This document shows, one piece after another, positions 1-9,368 of a stretch of DNA of 64,000 nt. Each line of letters begins with the position of its first letter. The stretch's first letter is position 1. The DNA comes from Bacteroidales bacterium UBA5219 (GTDB lineage: Bacteria; Bacteroidota; Bacteroidia; Bacteroidales; ML635J-15), in NCBI GenBank assembly GCA_002412425.1, contig DHVB01000021.1:61195-125194 (forward strand), read 5' to 3'. Made by a program: the position numbers and the translations under genes. The notes beneath the pieces are model-generated. The model did not search any database. It saw only the letters and a list, made by a program, of their open reading frames with translations, and was not told the DNA's origin.

Positions 1-124
1 ATTATATGGATAGCGGTAGTGTACCATATGGAGCTTTTTAAAACACAAATTTGTAATATTTTGATAGTAAAATGTTTATGTTAGTAAATCTTTTTATAAA
101 TTTGTAAAAAAGAACAACGAAATA

Positions 125-583
125 ATGAGGTTTTATAAAATATTTATATTTGGCTTACTTATATTATTGTTTTTTGAATCAAATTCTCAAAATATATATG
201 ATAATTTGGGAGTTTTAGACACAGTAGAAGGAGTGTGTAAAATAAGAAAAATCAAAAAATCAAAAAACAAAACAGGTTATGCTATTTATGCAGAAGCAGA
301 AATAAAAGGAGGTAAAGCACGGTTTGTAATAGTTTCATTAATGGCTAATGGTAAAATAAAAAATAAAGATATTAAAAAAATAAAAAGAAATAAACATTAC
401 TATTTTCAGCTTTTTTCATATCGTCCTCATAGGGGTAGTTCTGGTTTTTTATATTGTCCATATCTGATAGATTATCAAGAAGTTTTTATTGATGGGAAAA
501 ATATAATTATAGATAAAACTCATTATTTACGAGCAGTTTATACCACCCCAAACCTAAAAGGTTTATATTATTTAAAACCTTAA
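125..583 (+). CDS. hypothetical secreted protein (signal peptide, Lys-rich)
   Basis: ORF with hydrophobic N-terminus MRFYKIFIFGLLILLFFESNSQ. No motif recognised. Confidence 0.5.
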   Translation: MRFYKIFIFGLLILLFFESNSQNIYDNLGVLDTVEGVCKIRKIKKSKNKTGYAIYAEAEIKGGKARFVIVSLMANGKIKNKDIKKIKRNKHYYFQLFSYRPHRGSSGFLYCPYLIDYQEVFIDGKNIIIDKTHYLRAVYTTPNLKGLYYLKP

Positions 584-585
584 GA

Positions 586-1857
586 TTACTTCCTTTTCTT
601 CCTTTTTTGCTTAGTATTAATATTTCTTTTTTCGTGGAAAGCACCGCCTCCTTTAGAAATGTCTGGAGCTTTTGTAATTTGTTTATGTGTAAAAGCTGGT
701 TTTTCGAACTCCAATAGGCAATCTATTTTTGGAATTCCTTGAGGAAAACTTTCCTCTTTAGTGTTTTCGCCTGCAATTTTTTTAATTTCTTCAAAATATT
801 TTTCTTCGTAAGGAGCATACATTAAAATTGAAATTCCCGTTTTGCCTGCTCTTGCAGTTCTTCCAATTCTATGAATATAGTCAGAAGCATTTTCAGGAAC
901 AGAAAAATTAATAACATGACTTATATCTGAAAAATCTAATCCGCGAGCAACAACATCTGTAGCTATAAGAGAACGTATTTTTCTTTTTTCAAAATTTTTA
1001 ATAGTATTAAAACGATAATTTTGTGATTTGTTAGAATGTATTATTCCTAAATCTTCAAATTCGCTACTTAGCTTGTCAAACACTAAATCTGCTTGTCGTT
1101 TATCTGCTACAAAAATCAAATTTTTTATAAACTCATCTTTTTGAGAAAGTAGCACTTTTAAAAATTCAACTTTTGTATTAAAATTTTGAACAGGGAAAAA
1201 TGTTTGTTTAATTTTTTCTACAGGCGTTGATTCTACATCAACTTCTATTTTTTCTGGTGAGTTAAAGTATGATTTTATAAATTCTTCTACATTTTCGCTT
1301 AAACTTGATGAAAACATTAAATGTTGGCGTTTGTTTGGAAGCATTTCGAAAATTTGCTCTATTTGTGGTCTAAAGCCTAATGATAGCATTTCGTCAACTT
1401 CGTCAATTACAATTTTTTTTACATTGCTAAATCTAATAACTCCAGTAACGGCAATGTCGTAAAGTCTGCCAGGTGTTCCAACTAAAATATCTGCACCATC
1501 GTCGAAAACATAATCTTTTTGTGTATTTATATTTACTCCACCAAACACTCCTTTTATTCTTACGCTTTTATATTTAGAGATTTTTTCGGCTTCTTCGCAA
1601 ACTTGCACAACCAATTCTCGAGTGGGAACAAGAATAATAACTCTTGGATTTTTTTGATTAGAATATTCTAATTGACTTAAAATAGGCAAAAGATAAGCTA
1701 AAGTTTTTCCAGTTCCTGTTTTTGCTATTCCTACAACATCAACTCCAGAGGTAATTCGTCTAAAGCATTTTTGCTGAATAGGAGTGGGGTAAACATATTC
1801 TAAATCTTCTAATGCGTTTAATAATGGTTTGGCTACTCGTAGGTCTATAAAATTCAT
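586..1857 (-). CDS. DEAD-box ATP-dependent RNA helicase
   Basis: Q-motif region PTPIQQ, Walker A AKTGTGKT, PTRELV, motif II as DEVD, motif VI HRIGRTARAG, basic C-terminal tail. Confidence 0.9.
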   Translation of the reverse strand: MNFIDLRVAKPLLNALEDLEYVYPTPIQQKCFRRITSGVDVVGIAKTGTGKTLAYLLPILSQLEYSNQKNPRVIILVPTRELVVQVCEEAEKISKYKSVRIKGVFGGVNINTQKDYVFDDGADILVGTPGRLYDIAVTGVIRFSNVKKIVIDEVDEMLSLGFRPQIEQIFEMLPNKRQHLMFSSSLSENVEEFIKSYFNSPEKIEVDVESTPVEKIKQTFFPVQNFNTKVEFLKVLLSQKDEFIKNLIFVADKRQADLVFDKLSSEFEDLGIIHSNKSQNYRFNTIKNFEKRKIRSLIATDVVARGLDFSDISHVINFSVPENASDYIHRIGRTARAGKTGISILMYAPYEEKYFEEIKKIAGENTKEESFPQGIPKIDCLLEFEKPAFTHKQITKAPDISKGGGAFHEKRNINTKQKRKKRK

Positions 1858-1878
1858 TGTTTTTTGTTCTTAAATTAT

Positions 1879-4800
1879 TTATCTCAACAAATACATTTTC
1901 CCAATTTCTTTCTTAAAATATTTGTCGGCTTCTGTTTCTCTTAACTCAATTTCTTTTCCATTTATTTTAATGCTTACTTGATAAAAGTAAACACCATTTG
2001 CAAGCTGGTCGCCATACATATCTTTTCCGTCCCAAGCGTATTCGCTAATGTTTTTTCCGATACGAATGCTTCCAAATTCGTCTAAAAATATTGTTTTTAC
2101 AAGTGTGCCTGTAACTGTAAAAATATCAATTCTTAATTCGTCTGGAATTTCGCTACCTGTAAGTTCGAACACAAAACGTGTTGAAGTAGAAAATGGATTT
2201 GGATAATTTAGCAAGCGGCTTATTGTTGCTTTGTTTATTATTTCAAAATCTATACTATAATCATTTTCTCCAGACTCGTTACCCGATACGTCAACAGCTT
2301 GAACTTTAAGCCTATACATTCCATCTTTTTTGAAAATTGGTTTGTACAATATTTTGCAAGAATTATCTGGCAAAGCTGCTGGTGTCCATTCAATAGTTTC
2401 TTCAGGATTTTCTTGTAAGCCAAAATAAACTCGTTTTTCAGTTCCTGTTGTTAAATCGCTTAGGTAAATTCTAAATAACGAAGTGTCGTTTAGTGCCAAA
2501 TATTTATTTTCATCTTTGAGTTTTATCAATATTTCAGGTTTTGCCGAAATAATTTCTCCGTTCATAATATATCTACCATCGAAACTTACGTCTAAAAGAG
2601 GATTTGTAATATCGCCTTGAACAAAGAAATATTTATTTGCAATATTATTAAAATGATATTGTTCTGCTTGGTAATAAATTCCTGTTTGCGGATTTGTAGG
2701 ATTAAATTCTACCCAAATTGAGTATATTCCTTTCATTCCCATGCTTGAAAAGCTAATAGTATCTTTTAAAATATCTCCAGCAGGGTGGGGTCTAAGTCTT
2801 TTTCTTTTTGTTAGGGTTGTTTCGTTATCAGAGTTTTTTACCCAATAAATTACATCAAGCGAGTCCATATCTAAATCGCTAATGTTTTTTGTTGCAATAG
2901 AAAAATAAACTTCATCTCCTTCTTGAATTGTGTCGCAACAAAAGAAAAATCCTGATTTTGGGTCTATTGCAGTTTCTGGAACTCCTTTAAATTTTAATTG
3001 CCATTTTTTAAGTTGAGCTGAAGTTTTATTTGCTTGGTCTTTACTGTAAAATTCTAATTTTAAGTTTGGAAAAGTTTGATAATTTATAGAATCTTGAAGT
3101 TGGAAAATTTCTAAATTTTCAGGAGTAATTGGCGACATTACTTGAGTTTCGTTACCAAAATTATCAATTCCAAACACTTTTATATTTATAGAATCTTGAT
3201 GAGGGTTTTCGAGAGCAAAATATTCCCAATTAAAAGATTTCCACTCTGCTGCTGGACCAACTTTTACGCTTTTCATGCTTCCGTTATCAAAATCTCTGTA
3301 TAAGTCCACATATAAATCAATTTTATCAGTAGGCGAAGTTCCATAAGTTTCCATGGTTGAGGAGATAGTGCCTTTTTTTGTAAAAAATATGTATGGATGT
3401 CCATTTGGAACATTGTCGATTTGTAAAGAGCCTAAATCATAAAATGTTTGTTTTAGTTGAGGCGGCCAGTTAGAGAAATTTCCATTTCCCCATGAATATA
3501 TAAGTAAATAATGTCCATCTGGAACATAATTGCTTATCATATTATTCATAGAATCTAAGCTAACTGGGTTGGTACTAAAGGAAAAATAATAATTTTCTTG
3601 AGAACTTGAAAAACATTTAGGATAATTTCTATGTCCAAAATTTTGATAGTCTGAAGCCCATGCTAAAATTGTCTCAGGGTCGATTACCACAACTAGCATT
3701 GCTGCAGCTGTACCACAATTTCCAAAAGCTCCTAATCCATTATTATAAGAATTGTCGAGTGTCCATCTAACAATTGTGTAATTATTTTCGCCATAATTTC
3801 CTTGATTGTGGCAATGTAGTTTTTTTGGATAATTTACATAATTAAGTTTTCGTGCAGGACGGTCATAATTTAAAAACATAAAGTCATTTTCTTTGTATTG
3901 GAAAAAATGAGCTTGCGACCATCCTTCTTCGCCTTGTATATAAACGAAAGAAGATTCTTTCCAGAAAATACTATCAGGATTATTATGTTCATAAGCAATT
4001 CTCCAAAAGTAAACTCTGTTTTCAACAAGATCGAAAGGCAAATCCCATTTTACAATTCCTCCAGTTGAGTTAGTCGTTTTTGTTTGTAGAATAGGGCTGT
4101 TAAACAAATCTGTGCTATCTATTTGGAAAATATAATTTCTTGAATTTAAAAATGGATCGCCAGTTGAAGCAATTAAACTAGCATTTTTTGAAGGAATAAT
4201 AGAATACTTGTAAGGATAAATCGGAAATAAATCAGCAGATTTTATTAGAAAATCAATATTTGCTTGATTATTATTTTCATTTAATTCATCAATTTCATTT
4301 CCAGCATCAACAAAAAGATGAAGTTTGTTTAGTCCAGGTCCATTTAATCTATCAACAGGTAAATTGAAATATACAGTATCTCTGTAATTGCAGCCATATA
4401 CAGGTATGTTATACTCACTACTGTTGCCATTTGGCAAAGTTCTATTTATAGAAAGTAAAAATGTGTCGGCAGTAGCTCTACCTATGTTTTTAATTACAGT
4501 TCTTACTTGAAAACTATCAGCTACAGTAGTAATTTCTTGGGGAATAAATTTTATTAAATCTTCGGAAATTGTTAAATCTGGTTTTTCGTGAGAATTAATT
4601 ACTAAGGCAGGGTCTCCGTGTAGGGCAGTTTCGTGGCAAGCAACTTCAACGTATGTGTTTTGAGGATAGTTTAGTAAAATATTTTTGATTGTGTTTTTTA
4701 TTTGAGTTCCAATAGTTTTATAGTAATTTTTGTAAGCAATATTTTTGTATAATTCTGTAGCATAAATATTCAAATACGAAGCAATTCCGTCACCTATTGA

Positions 4801-6876
4801 GGCAAGAAATGCTATTGCTCCTTTTTGTTTTTCGTTTATCCAAATTTCGCTAACGCTAGCTTGATTTCTTAGGTGTATGTCGCCAGCAAAGCAAGAGTTT
4901 GCAAAAATAAACGGGTATTTCCCAGTATTGTTGTAGTTTTGTGGAAAGTCAATGTTTTGGTCAAAACCACCAGCGTGGGCGTGTCCAAAAAAAGTTATAA
5001 TGCTAGAACCATTATTTATTAAATTTGTAATTGAGTCAGATTGAGTTATTTGTATTGGTTCAGAAGAATTTTTTAAAAAAGTACTTACTTTTCCACCATA
5101 TAATGTGTCTTCAATAATATTTTTATAATTATTCAAATATGATGCAAAACTTGCTTGTTCAGCTGCATTTGCACCTCCTCCAAAATGTAATATGGTTTTC
5201 ATCCATTCGTCTGTTGGAGCAGTTTCGTATTGCATTACTTTTTTCAAATATTCAGCAACATCTTCTTGGTCGTATGCTGCAAGTCTTCCTATAGGATATA
5301 TTGGATAATAGTTGTTGTCTTTAAAATTTATAGTGAAAATATTATCACTAGCAGGATGTCCTGCTGAAGGAACCAAGCATTCTTTATAAATTTCGGGAGC
5401 ATTTCGCGTTAATCGTGTGTGAATTGCTTTCCCAAGTAAAAATACATGTCTTTCCATTTCGGAAATCTCAAACAAAGCTTTAAGAAAGTTTCTTATTGCA
5501 GCGGGATGTTTGTTCACTCCCCAAGCATATTGATTGTATAATTGGTCAATGTCAATTAAAGCTACATCATATCCTGTTGAAATTCTGTAGTTTGCGTATT
5601 GTTGTGCTTGTGCCCATAATGACGAGTGAGTGATTATTATATAATTTGCATTTTGATATTGTGTTTCGTAATCAATAAATTTATTGTTATTTCCAATTTT
5701 TGAAATTTTATTTACAGATTTTACACCATCTGAATTTGTTAAAACTAAAAATCTTTCTGAATTAGTATTGTTTACAAGTGTCTTTAAAATACCACCATTG
5801 TTTGCAGGACTAATTCTTTGTTGGTTTGTAATATCATATAATATTATAGATGATGAAGTGTTAAAATTTGTAATTTCCAAATAATCTTTTTCAGAAGAGT
5901 TGTTTTTTGGTAAATAAAATTCAAAATAATTTTGGTTTTCAAAATCCCAAGTATGTGGATATTTTATGTTAATGTATGACACAGCGTTTCTGTCGGCTAT
6001 GTCAGGTTGTGTAGCATCATTTGATGTAAATTTAAAACTGATATTATTTGCAAGTAGCGAAGAACTTAGTACAATGTTTTTTCTAATAAAGTTGTATCCT
6101 GTATATGTTTCGTTTATTCTTGTTTCGTTTAAAAATTCCACTTTTAAATGATGAGGAACAAGAGAAGTAACCGCACTTGCCGGCACTCCTGCTACTGCAA
6201 TTTCAAAATAGGTGTTTGCATTTCCAGAATAAAAATTTGAAATGTTTATGCTTTTTGTTCTAGGAGTTTCTTCATTGATAACAGCATTGTCGAACCAGCC
6301 TTCGCCTTTTGAAAAAACATTTTGAGTAGATCCCCAGTAAAATCTCGAAGTGTAATTATTTCTAATGTTTTTATAGCAATAATCTTGAGCATAAGCCGAG
6401 TAATCTTCAAAATTATTGTCAGAAACATTTGTAAATCTACGATTGTTTGTAGAAAAATTCCAAGTTAAAAAATATGCTGAAGTGTCGCTATACATGCTGT
6501 AATCTGGATTTACACAATTATTTGGGTTATCGTAAAATTCCAAGTCTAATTCTGATTTATTTCTTTGCCCATAAAATTCTATATATCCGTTAGGGTCGAA
6601 AATGCCAGATGTTCCTTCTCCATGAATGTAAATATATTGTTCCTCGCCTTGAAAAAATATTTGTATCCATCTTGGGTCAATATTATCAACAGGTATTCCT
6701 GCTTGTAATAAACTTGAATAGGGGATACGATGTAGTCCATCTTGAGCGAGTTGAATTTTAAAATATTGTTGGTTGTAGTTTATCCAGTTTGCTTGAGAAT
6801 TTTGGGAAAATACGCAGTTAGTGTAAACTGCTAGAAAAATTAGACTTGAAAATAAAATATTATAAAAAGATTTCAT
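1879..6876 (-). CDS. C25 (gingipain/PorU-like) cysteine peptidase family protein, 1665 aa, with T9SS-type C-terminal domain
   Basis: Signal peptide. Clan-CD style His/Cys dyad contexts FFGHAHAGGF and FIFANSCFAGD about 30 residues apart (DNA about 4879-4990). C-terminal NYPNPFSTSTRFVFEL...GVYFYQV beta-sandwich typical of T9SS/FlgD-Ig-like sorting domains. Confidence 0.75.
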   Translation of the reverse strand: MKSFYNILFSSLIFLAVYTNCVFSQNSQANWINYNQQYFKIQLAQDGLHRIPYSSLLQAGIPVDNIDPRWIQIFFQGEEQYIYIHGEGTSGIFDPNGYIEFYGQRNKSELDLEFYDNPNNCVNPDYSMYSDTSAYFLTWNFSTNNRRFTNVSDNNFEDYSAYAQDYCYKNIRNNYTSRFYWGSTQNVFSKGEGWFDNAVINEETPRTKSINISNFYSGNANTYFEIAVAGVPASAVTSLVPHHLKVEFLNETRINETYTGYNFIRKNIVLSSSLLANNISFKFTSNDATQPDIADRNAVSYINIKYPHTWDFENQNYFEFYLPKNNSSEKDYLEITNFNTSSSIILYDITNQQRISPANNGGILKTLVNNTNSERFLVLTNSDGVKSVNKISKIGNNNKFIDYETQYQNANYIIITHSSLWAQAQQYANYRISTGYDVALIDIDQLYNQYAWGVNKHPAAIRNFLKALFEISEMERHVFLLGKAIHTRLTRNAPEIYKECLVPSAGHPASDNIFTINFKDNNYYPIYPIGRLAAYDQEDVAEYLKKVMQYETAPTDEWMKTILHFGGGANAAEQASFASYLNNYKNIIEDTLYGGKVSTFLKNSSEPIQITQSDSITNLINNGSSIITFFGHAHAGGFDQNIDFPQNYNNTGKYPFIFANSCFAGDIHLRNQASVSEIWINEKQKGAIAFLASIGDGIASYLNIYATELYKNIAYKNYYKTIGTQIKNTIKNILLNYPQNTYVEVACHETALHGDPALVINSHEKPDLTISEDLIKFIPQEITTVADSFQVRTVIKNIGRATADTFLLSINRTLPNGNSSEYNIPVYGCNYRDTVYFNLPVDRLNGPGLNKLHLFVDAGNEIDELNENNNQANIDFLIKSADLFPIYPYKYSIIPSKNASLIASTGDPFLNSRNYIFQIDSTDLFNSPILQTKTTNSTGGIVKWDLPFDLVENRVYFWRIAYEHNNPDSIFWKESSFVYIQGEEGWSQAHFFQYKENDFMFLNYDRPARKLNYVNYPKKLHCHNQGNYGENNYTIVRWTLDNSYNNGLGAFGNCGTAAAMLVVVIDPETILAWASDYQNFGHRNYPKCFSSSQENYYFSFSTNPVSLDSMNNMISNYVPDGHYLLIYSWGNGNFSNWPPQLKQTFYDLGSLQIDNVPNGHPYIFFTKKGTISSTMETYGTSPTDKIDLYVDLYRDFDNGSMKSVKVGPAAEWKSFNWEYFALENPHQDSINIKVFGIDNFGNETQVMSPITPENLEIFQLQDSINYQTFPNLKLEFYSKDQANKTSAQLKKWQLKFKGVPETAIDPKSGFFFCCDTIQEGDEVYFSIATKNISDLDMDSLDVIYWVKNSDNETTLTKRKRLRPHPAGDILKDTISFSSMGMKGIYSIWVEFNPTNPQTGIYYQAEQYHFNNIANKYFFVQGDITNPLLDVSFDGRYIMNGEIISAKPEILIKLKDENKYLALNDTSLFRIYLSDLTTGTEKRVYFGLQENPEETIEWTPAALPDNSCKILYKPIFKKDGMYRLKVQAVDVSGNESGENDYSIDFEIINKATISRLLNYPNPFSTSTRFVFELTGSEIPDELRIDIFTVTGTLVKTIFLDEFGSIRIGKNISEYAWDGKDMYGDQLANGVYFYQVSIKINGKEIELRETEADKYFKKEIGKMYLLR

Positions 6877-6953
6877 CTTATATAATTCCCAAAAATAAAA
6901 GTACTAAAATACAACTTTTTTGATTAATGTAGGAGTAAATTTGTGTTTTTTGT

Positions 6954-6993
6954 AAAAAAAATAGAATTTCAAAACATTTTGAAATTCTATTTT
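6954..6993 (-). terminator. AT-rich perfect hairpin, likely rho-independent terminator of the 7029-8480 gene
   Basis: atagaatttcaaaa/ttttgaaattctat perfect inverted repeat (6961-6990). An A-run on the plus strand gives a U-run after the hairpin on the minus strand. It lies about 40 nt downstream of the stop at 7029. Confidence 0.5.
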
Positions 6994-7028
6994 AGATGTA
7001 GTTTTCTATTTTTTAGTTTGTAAAACTA

Positions 7029-8480
7029 TTATTTGATATTTTGTGCGCCATATCCTTCCATAGCTCCAAAGAATTTAAGAGCTTCTTTCCAAGGATATCT
7101 GTTTGCATACATAGTTACCGATGAGTTTATTGTTCCTGTCATATTCATTCCCATTGCTTGACGGAATTGATTTGCCGATGAGTTTGGGTCGTAGTTTGTT
7201 GTTTCTTTATATGAAGCTGTTAAAAAACCGTTTAAGTAAGCTTCATTAATCACGCCTTTAAATATTTTTGGGTCTGTTAATGTTTTGTTACCAGATACTT
7301 TTGCTAATTGTTCAACATCATCAAAATCGTTTACCCAAATACGCATAAATTTACCTCCACCTGGTAGTGTAAGGTCGGCTTGTTTGTTTAGGAAGAAAAT
7401 ATTGTTTTCGGCAGTAGTAATTCGTTTTGCCTCTTTATTTTTGTCGCTGTCAATTCTAGTCCTATCTAATCCTGAGAGAGTGCTTAACCCAATAATGTTA
7501 TTGCTAACATAGCTGTTTATCCCTGTCATGTATCTGTATCCGTATCCCATGTCTTCTAAGTCTTTTAAGCGTGCCCACATAAACAAAACTGTGTTATAAG
7601 TAAAATGTACTTCTGTTTCTTCACTTGCTAAACCTCCTTTTGTTATTTCACATGCAGCCATACGGTTATTTATGAAAATACAATTATTGATAAATGCTTT
7701 TGTCCCTCCAAACATTCCACGTATGCCATAATTAGGAGCATTTAAAAAGGCACAATTATTTACCGTAAGATTACAGCGAGGATTATCTAAATAAATAATT
7801 GCTGTCTGAGTTGTTAAGACACTAGGATTACTAAAATTATCACCACCAATACCCCCAGATCCAATAGGTTGCATCATCGGAGATTTTACGCCCTCAGGTT
7901 TTCCTTCTCCTTTGGCATTATATGCAATACTGTTACCACGGTCAAATATAATCCCGTCTATAACAACCTCAGTATTAGCTTCTTTTACTTGAATTTTAAT
8001 AGTTCCCTGACCATTTTGCGTTCCATTGCTTTCAGGTGTTGGTTGCACCATAGTTAAATATTTTAACACATCACGATTAGCAAAATCAGGCGAATAGCCA
8101 CCATAAATTTTCACAGGTTTATTTATATTGATGTTTCCGCTGTTTAGCATTCCAAAATAGTTTCCTTCTGCAACTAAAATTGTAGCACCGTCTGGAGCTT
8201 GATCAATTGCTTTTTGAATGTTTTTAAAAGGAGCATCTTTTGAGCCGTCGTTGCGGTTGCTACCGTTTGATTGCGACACGTATAGAGTTGCAGTTCCTTT
8301 TGGGATAACATTTGACACACCTTGTTTGTCAGATTTGTCAGATTTGTCAGACTTGTCAGATGTTAGTTTTTCTTTTGCTCCAGCCACTTTATTAGCAGCA
8401 GACTTTAAATTGATTTGTGAAAATACTGGCGAAATCACTAATGCCAGTGCAAGAGTCGTTAAAATTAAGGATTTTTTCAT
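7029..8480 (-). CDS. secreted right-handed parallel beta-helix (pectin-lyase-fold) protein with N-terminal (SDK)4 repeat
   Basis: Signal peptide. The segment DGSKDAPFKNIQKAIDQAPDGATILVAEGNY is typical of the N-terminal cap of beta-helix proteins. Repeated N/G-rich turns follow. Confidence 0.6.
   Translation of the reverse strand: MKKSLILTTLALALVISPVFSQINLKSAANKVAGAKEKLTSDKSDKSDKSDKQGVSNVIPKGTATLYVSQSNGSNRNDGSKDAPFKNIQKAIDQAPDGATILVAEGNYFGMLNSGNININKPVKIYGGYSPDFANRDVLKYLTMVQPTPESNGTQNGQGTIKIQVKEANTEVVIDGIIFDRGNSIAYNAKGEGKPEGVKSPMMQPIGSGGIGGDNFSNPSVLTTQTAIIYLDNPRCNLTVNNCAFLNAPNYGIRGMFGGTKAFINNCIFINNRMAACEITKGGLASEETEVHFTYNTVLFMWARLKDLEDMGYGYRYMTGINSYVSNNIIGLSTLSGLDRTRIDSDKNKEAKRITTAENNIFFLNKQADLTLPGGGKFMRIWVNDFDDVEQLAKVSGNKTLTDPKIFKGVINEAYLNGFLTASYKETTNYDPNSSANQFRQAMGMNMTGTINSSVTMYANRYPWKEALKFFGAMEGYGAQNIK
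8325..8360 (-). repeat. 4 x 9-bp in-frame tandem repeat (tttgtcaga) encoding SDKSDKSDKSDK
   Basis: Read directly: three perfect units plus one with a single substitution (cttgtcaga). Confidence 0.9.
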
Positions 8481-8643
8481 AAATAATAATTTTAAAAATG
8501 TTAATAAATTTTTTTAATAGTTTTTATCTAAATACTTCAAGCAAAAACAATGCCAACTACGGTAAAAATTAAAAGTATAAATTTCTTTTATAGAGTTCAC
8601 AGTTGGTTGTTTTTTTATTTTAAATGATAACATTGATATAACT

Positions 8644-9366
8644 TTAATCATTAAAAACTTCTTGTAAAATTTTTAAACTTTTAGTTTTGCCAAAATTTGG
8701 AATATGGTGTTCGTAAAACAATAAGATTTTTTCTATTAAAAGTCTTTTGTTGTTGGAATTAAGTTTTATTAGTTCGTTAGTGTTTTTTGCTGATAATAAG
8801 TTGAAAAGTATTTGACTTTCGTGCAAATCTAATGATTCTGTACTGCTTGTAAATACAGGAGAGAATAATCCTTCTTTAATATTGAAGAAAGGAGTTTCTT
8901 TACAATAATTATTGTACATTTCAAATCCTGATAGAGCAGCAAAATCTTTTAAAAAGAGCAAATGTATGTTATTGGTTTCGGAAGAATTTGAGTTTAATTC
9001 TAGTGTAAAATTTTTGATGTAATTATAAGTTTTTGAATTTGTTTCTTTTTCTTTTATGGTTTTTAGAATAAGTTCTGCAATAAATTGAGCTATTGTTAAC
9101 TTATTAATATCTAGTAAAATATTTTGAAGGTTTTCTACATTGTTGCAATAAGTTAGGGTTTGTACTTCTCTGTTATTTTTGAGATTTATTTCGGTTTCAA
9201 TAATATTTAGTGGGAAAAAAGAAGCTTGTTTTATATTTGATTTAGAAGATTTTGAAACTCTTACCATAGCGGCAAACCTACCTAAGTCTTCGCTAATTAA
9301 ATTTACAATAAAAGAGCTGTCGCTGTATTTAATTTTATTAAGAACTATGGCTTCTGTTTTTTGCAT
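8644..9366 (-). CDS. recO: DNA repair protein RecO
   Basis: The 240-aa size and the N-terminal OB-fold-like pattern MQKTEAIVLNKIKYSDSSFIV...GRFAAMV resemble RecO. Its start lies 2 nt after the upstream stop. Confidence 0.7.
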   Translation of the reverse strand: MQKTEAIVLNKIKYSDSSFIVNLISEDLGRFAAMVRVSKSSKSNIKQASFFPLNIIETEINLKNNREVQTLTYCNNVENLQNILLDINKLTIAQFIAELILKTIKEKETNSKTYNYIKNFTLELNSNSSETNNIHLLFLKDFAALSGFEMYNNYCKETPFFNIKEGLFSPVFTSSTESLDLHESQILFNLLSAKNTNELIKLNSNNKRLLIEKILLFYEHHIPNFGKTKSLKILQEVFND

Positions 9367-9368
9367 TT

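Noticed and set aside
1-42. Possible 3' end of a plus-strand gene (frame 1 reads IIWIAVVYHMELF then stop).
   Set aside because: Thirteen codons at a window edge are not enough to support a call.
8540-8615. Imperfect long-range inverted repeat (aaaaacaa-tg-ccaact ... agttggttgttttt) downstream of recO.
   Set aside because: The loop is about 45 nt and there is a 2-nt bulge, which makes it too weak to call a terminator or a regulatory structure.
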